This document shows, one piece after another, positions 59,939 to 64,000 of a stretch of DNA of 64,000 nt; the first letter of the stretch is position 1, and each line of letters begins with the position of its first letter. The position numbers were made by a program, and so were the translations under genes. The notes beneath the pieces were generated by a model. It made no database searches, was not told where the DNA came from, and worked only from the letters and a program-made list of their open reading frames with translations. Source of the stretch: Lachnospiraceae bacterium (GTDB taxonomy: Bacteria > Bacillota > Clostridia > Lachnospirales > Lachnospiraceae); NCBI GenBank assembly GCA_045535935.1, contig JAZSMO010000012.1, positions 35,813-99,812 of the forward strand, read 5' to 3'.

Positions 59939-61906
59939 ATGAAAATTACATTAAAAGACGGAAGCGTAAAAGAATACGCACAGGCAATGAGCGTGTATGA
60001 CATTGCGCTCGACATCAGTGAAGGACTTGCAAGAGCAGCCTGCGCCGGTGAAGTGAACGGAGAGGTTGTGGATCTGCGTACAGTGGTGGAAGCAGATTGC
60101 GAACTTAATATTTTGACAGGAAACGACGAGCAGGGTCTGCGCACCATGCGCCACACATGTTCCCACGTGCTGGCAGAGGCAGTAAAGAGACTGTTCCCGG
60201 AGGCAAAGCTTGCCATCGGACCTTCCATCGATGAAGGATACTATTATGATTTTGAGCATGCACCGTTCTCAAGAGAAGATCTCGACAATCTTGAAAAAGA
60301 GATGAAGAAGATTATCAAAGAAGGTAACAAACTTGAGAAGTTTACCCTTCCGAGAGAAGAGGCAATCAAATATATGGAAGAAAAAGGTGAGCCGTACAAA
60401 GTGGAGCTCATTCAGGATCTTCCGGAGGATAGCATTATTTCTTTCTACAGCCAGGGAGACTTCGTGGATCTCTGTGCAGGACCGCACCTGATGCGCACAA
60501 AGGGAATCAAAGCGTTTAAGCTGATTTCTTCTTCCATGGCATATTGGAGAGGTGATTCTAATAAAGCACAGCTTCAGCGGATTTACGGAACTGCATTTAA
60601 CAACAAGGAAGACCTTGCAGCTTACCTGGAACACCTTGAGGATATCAAGAAACGCGATCACAACAAACTCGGCCGTGAGATGGAATTATTTGCAACGGTT
60701 GATGTGATCGGTCAGGGACTTCCTCTGATTCTGCCGAAGGGCGTAAAGATGATCTCGAAGATGCAGAGATGGATCGAGGATTTAGAGGATAAAGAGTGGG
60801 GCTACGTCCGCACAAAGACACCACTCATGGCTAAGAGTGACCTGTACAAGATTTCTGGTCACTGGGATCATTACAAGGACGGTATGTTCGTGCTCGGAGA
60901 TGAAGAGGTGGACAAAGAAGTGTTTGCTCTTCGTCCGATGACTTGTCCGTTCCAGTATTATGTTTATAAAAATTCGCAGAAATCTTACCGTGATCTTCCG
61001 TATCGTATGGGAGAGACATCGACACTGTTCCGTAACGAGGAATCCGGTGAAATGCACGGTCTGACTCGTGTGAGACAGTTTACCATTTCGGAAGGACACA
61101 ATGTAATCCGCCCGGATCAGGCAGAAGAAGAACTTGCCAACTGTCTGCACCTTGCAATTTATATTTTAAATACACTCGGTCTCCAGGATGACGTGACTTA
61201 TCGTCTGTCGAAATGGGATCTGGAAAATAAGGAAAAATATCTCGGAGATGCTAATTATTGGGAAAGTACACAGGGAGCACTTCGTAAAATCCTTCAGGAA
61301 GAAAATCTTCCGTTTACGGAGGCGGACGGTGAAGCAGCGTTCTACGGACCGAAGATTGATATTCAGGCAAAGAATGTTTACGGAAAAGAAGATACGATGA
61401 TTACCATCCAGCTTGACTGTGCCATTGCTGAGAAGTTCGATATGTACTACATCGACCAGAACGGAGAAAAACAGCGTCCGTACATCATTCACAGAACATC
61501 GCTCGGATGTTACGAGAGAACACTTGCATGGCTCATTGAAAAATATGCCGGCAAATTCCCGACATGGCTTTGTCCGGAGCAGGTTCGCGTGCTTCCGATT
61601 TCCGAGAAATACGCCGATTATGCAGAAAAAGTGCGCAAAGAATTAGCGTGCAACGGAGTTGATGTCGCAGTGGACAATCGTTCCGAAAAGATCGGTTACA
61701 AGATTCGAGATGCGAGACTTTCCAAAGTGCCTTACATGCTTGTTGTCGGACAGCAGGAAGAAGAACAGGGACTTGTTTCTGTCAGAAGCCGCTACGAAGG
61801 AAATGAGGGACAGAAGAGCATCGAAGAATTTGTGGATGCAATCTGTAAGGAAATCCGTACCAAAGAAATCCGCAAGGAACTTCCGGAAGAGGAAAAGAAA
61901 AAATAA
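59939..61906 (+). CDS. thrS: threonine--tRNA ligase
   Basis: 655 aa with a TGS domain (MKITLKDGS), the editing-domain HTCSH motif, a class II core and an anticodon-binding domain. Confidence 0.96.
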   Translation: MKITLKDGSVKEYAQAMSVYDIALDISEGLARAACAGEVNGEVVDLRTVVEADCELNILTGNDEQGLRTMRHTCSHVLAEAVKRLFPEAKLAIGPSIDEGYYYDFEHAPFSREDLDNLEKEMKKIIKEGNKLEKFTLPREEAIKYMEEKGEPYKVELIQDLPEDSIISFYSQGDFVDLCAGPHLMRTKGIKAFKLISSSMAYWRGDSNKAQLQRIYGTAFNNKEDLAAYLEHLEDIKKRDHNKLGREMELFATVDVIGQGLPLILPKGVKMISKMQRWIEDLEDKEWGYVRTKTPLMAKSDLYKISGHWDHYKDGMFVLGDEEVDKEVFALRPMTCPFQYYVYKNSQKSYRDLPYRMGETSTLFRNEESGEMHGLTRVRQFTISEGHNVIRPDQAEEELANCLHLAIYILNTLGLQDDVTYRLSKWDLENKEKYLGDANYWESTQGALRKILQEENLPFTEADGEAAFYGPKIDIQAKNVYGKEDTMITIQLDCAIAEKFDMYYIDQNGEKQRPYIIHRTSLGCYERTLAWLIEKYAGKFPTWLCPEQVRVLPISEKYADYAEKVRKELACNGVDVAVDNRSEKIGYKIRDARLSKVPYMLVVGQQEEEQGLVSVRSRYEGNEGQKSIEEFVDAICKEIRTKEIRKELPEEEKKK

Positions 61907-61980
61907 AACCTGCGCATAAATAGCCTTTGTTTGTTTCATACTATGTATGTAACGTATAAAACAAACAGGAGGTGCAGGAT

Positions 61981-62295
61981 ATGGCAGTTTTACAATGCGG
62001 TGTGGAAACATGTACGTACAATAAAGAAAAGCTTTGTTGCAAGGGCGATATTCTTGTGGGAGGTAAGCAGGCAGACAAATCCAAGGATACCTGTTGTGCA
62101 TCCTTCCGTCAGGAAAAGGGAGATCGCTTTGTCAGTGCATTAGAACATCCGAGCAAAACGATCAGTATCGACTGTGAGGCGGAAAAATGCGTTTATAATG
62201 ACAATTATAAATGCTATGCGGAAGCAGTGCGAATCAGCGGAAATCGTGCAGGAAGCAGCAAAGAAACAATTTGTGAAACTTTTAAAGAAAAATAG
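61981..62295 (+). CDS. DUF1540-domain protein (two Cys-rich repeats)
   Basis: The ATG at 61981 follows AGGAGGTG. Repeats are CGVETCTYNKEKLCC and CEAEKCVYNDNYKCYA. Confidence 0.75.
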   Translation: MAVLQCGVETCTYNKEKLCCKGDILVGGKQADKSKDTCCASFRQEKGDRFVSALEHPSKTISIDCEAEKCVYNDNYKCYAEAVRISGNRAGSSKETICETFKEK

Positions 62296-62296
62296 C

Positions 62297-62485
62297 TTGA
62301 CATTACATGCTCAAGATGTTATTCTATTTGAGCATGTGAGTTACATATGCGTAGATCAAAGCAGAGTATCCACTCTCACCCTGCGACAATCGGGTTGTCA
62401 GGTGTTTATATCTACAATTTGGCAAGTCCTCTCTTGTCATATTTGGATTTTTCGAGTGGGTAGTCTGACTACTCACTTTTTTTTG
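62297..62485 (+). promoter_or_regulatory. infC operon promoter plus L20-type leader/attenuator
   Basis: TTGACA (62297-302), a 17 nt spacer, then TATTCT. A leader of about 130 nt ends in the GAGTGGGTAG-TCTGA-CTACTCAC hairpin plus T8 (62453-62485), immediately before the infC SD. This arrangement is known for Firmicute infC-rpmI-rplT operons. Confidence 0.6.
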
Positions 62486-62509
62486 TTTGAATTCTTATGG
62501 AGGTGTTAC

Positions 62510-63019
62510 ATTATCAGCGATTTAATGATTAACGAACAGATCAGAGACAAGGAAGTACGTGTGATCGGTGAAGACGGAGAACAGCTTGGTATCATGTCCT
62601 CAAGGGATGCGCAGAAGCTTGCGGATGAAGCAGGACTTGATCTTGTCAAAATTGCCCCGACAGCCAAACCACCGGTGTGTAAGATTGTCGATTACGGCAA
62701 ATATCGTTATGAACAGGCCAGAAGAGAGAAAGAGGCGAAGAAAAAACAGAAGACAATAGAGATCAAAGAGATTCGTCTTTCGCCGAACATTGATACCAAT
62801 GACCTGAACACAAAAGTAAATGCAGCAAAGAAGTTTATCACCAAGGGTGATAAGGTGAAAGTCACACTTCGATTCAGAGGACGTGAGATGGCGCATATGG
62901 CGTCCAGCAAACACATTCTGGATGACTTTGCCGAGGCACTTGCAGAAATTGCAGTTGTGGAGAAGCCTGCCAAAGTAGAAGGAAGAAGTATGACAATGAT
63001 CTTAGCGGAAAAACGCTAA
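62510..63019 (+). CDS. infC: translation initiation factor IF-3 (non-canonical ATT start)
   Basis: INEQIRDKEVRVIGEDGEQLG and the rest match IF-3. The only start at proper distance from GGAGGTG (62499-505) is ATT 62510. The long upstream ORF extension (62174..) covers the leader and terminator. Confidence 0.9.
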   Translation: MISDLMINEQIRDKEVRVIGEDGEQLGIMSSRDAQKLADEAGLDLVKIAPTAKPPVCKIVDYGKYRYEQARREKEAKKKQKTIEIKEIRLSPNIDTNDLNTKVNAAKKFITKGDKVKVTLRFRGREMAHMASSKHILDDFAEALAEIAVVEKPAKVEGRSMTMILAEKR

Positions 63020-63093
63020 AAATGCTTTTGACTTGAATTGATGCAATTTGAGTTAAAATAGATTTGGAGCAACTTGATTAGGAGGAATTTAAA

Positions 63094-63291
63094 ATGCCAA
63101 AGGTTAAAACAAACAGATCAGCAGCAAAACGTTTCAAAGTAACAGGAACAGGTAAATTAAAAAGAAATAAAGCTTACAAACGCCATATCTTAACAAAGAA
63201 GTCAGCAAAGACTAAGAGAAATCTCAGAAAACCTGCAATGACGGATGCATCAAACGTTAAGAATATGAAGAAAATCACACCATATTTATAA
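63094..63291 (+). CDS. rpmI: 50S ribosomal protein L35
   Basis: [24 protein letters not shown], 65 aa. Confidence 0.97.
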   Translation: MPKVKTNRSAAKRFKVTGTGKLKRNKAYKRHILTKKSAKTKRNLRKPAMTDASNVKNMKKITPYL

Positions 63292-63313
63292 GATGTAAGG
63301 AGGATGTAAAGAA

Positions 63314-63670
63314 ATGGCTAGAATTAAAGGCGGTTTAAACGCAAAGAAAAAACATAACAGAGTATTAAAACTTGCAAAAGGTTACAGAGGAGCAAGATCC
63401 AATCAGTATAGAGTAGCAAAACAGTCCGTTATGCGTGCATTAGCTACATCATATAAGGGACGTAAAGAAAGAAAACGTCAGATGAGACAGCTTTGGATTG
63501 CGCGTATCAATGCAGCTGCAAGATTAAACGGATTAAGCTACAGCAAATTCATGTATGGATTAAAGTTAGCTGAGATCGACATCAACAGAAAGATGTTAGC
63601 AGAGATGGCAGTAAATGATGCTGCAGGATTTACTTCTTTAGCAGAAATTGCAAAATCTAAACTTGCATAA
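63314..63670 (+). CDS. rplT: 50S ribosomal protein L20
   Basis: [29 protein letters not shown], 118 aa. Confidence 0.97.
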   Translation: MARIKGGLNAKKKHNRVLKLAKGYRGARSNQYRVAKQSVMRALATSYKGRKERKRQMRQLWIARINAAARLNGLSYSKFMYGLKLAEIDINRKMLAEMAVNDAAGFTSLAEIAKSKLA

Positions 63671-63680
63671 TAAACGTACA

Positions 63681-63713
63681 AAAGCATCGGATAGAAATAT
63701 TCGGTGCTTTTTA
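63681..63713 (+). terminator. rho-independent terminator after rplT
   Basis: AAAGCATCGG-ATAGAAATAT-TCGGTGCTTT hairpin (with G-U pairs) followed by TTATAAA. Confidence 0.65.
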
Positions 63714-63736
63714 TAAATAAGTCAGGAGAATATGAT

Positions 63737-64000
63737 ATGTTAGAACATTTACAGCCAACCGCGGTTTTTTCTTATTTTGAAGAGATTTGCAGCATTCCGC
63801 ACGGTTCCTACAATGTTGCGAAAATCAGCGATTATCTCGTGGATTTCGCCCGAAAAAGGAACCTGTGGTACACACAGGATAAGGCGGGTAATGTAATCAT
63901 TGTCAAAGAGGCGACAGCCGGATATGAAGACAAAGAGCCGATCATCATTCAGGGACATATGGATATGGTGGCAGTCAAAGAGGAAGGCTGCGATAAGGAT
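63737..64000 (+). CDS. pepD: aminoacyl-histidine dipeptidase (PepD-like, M20 family), 3' end cut by window edge
   Basis: The ATG at 63737 follows AGGAGA. MLEHLQPTAVFSYFEEICSIPHGSYN...IIIQGHMDMV is a typical PepD N-terminus. The frame is open to the window end. Confidence 0.8.
   Translation, partial: MLEHLQPTAVFSYFEEICSIPHGSYNVAKISDYLVDFARKRNLWYTQDKAGNVIIVKEATAGYEDKEPIIIQGHMDMVAVKEEGCDKD

Noticed and set aside
62174-62509. The long N-terminal extension of the infC ORF (281 aa version).
   Set aside because: The extension covers a promoter, a structured leader and an intrinsic terminator and has no SD. IF-3 homology begins only at about 62510.

Overview
This is a 64 kb chromosomal window from a low-to-mid GC Firmicute. 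Gene content and SD usage point to a Clostridia/Lachnospiraceae-type gut anaerobe, probably a spore former (DUF1540 and a SleC-like protein are present). Coding density is high and most genes are housekeeping. In order, the window contains: a hexuronate/glucuronide utilisation locus (uxaC, kdgK-like, uxuA, GH2, GH3, GPH symporter); mutY; a GT2/DUF4422/PAP2/lipid-kinase envelope cluster; glyA; an ACT-hom-apgM-like-ask-ahcY operon; tRNA-Gly(GCC); an MBOAT+SGNH acylation pair; thyA-folA; ilvE; a GntR-ABC module; an amino-acid ABC importer; a T-box-controlled thrS; and infC-rpmI-rplT with an L20-type leader. I saw no CRISPR array, transposase, integrase or prophage genes. The best candidate for an undescribed system is a tightly translationally coupled four-gene operon (46.0-52.9 kb). 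It encodes a 1178-1185 aa beta-sandwich plus helical-repeat protein, an HSP70/actin-fold protein with degenerate nucleotide-binding motifs, a small TPR-like protein and a coiled-coil two-TM membrane protein. It is transcribed divergently from a DtxR/MntR-type metalloregulator. Other items worth a second look: a single 924 aa ORF fusing an extracellular domain, an acyltransferase-3 domain and a complete MalG-type ABC permease; an orphan consensus promoter driving about 300 nt of non-coding sequence with six (A/G)GTACA hexamers; an in-frame TAA inside the ESTYG motif of a beta-CASP metallo-beta-lactamase gene; an apgM-like gene sitting where homoserine kinase is expected; a membrane pseudokinase; and a small membrane ORF between the Thr T-box and thrS. 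All functional calls come from reading the translated ORFs and motifs by eye. No database search was run.
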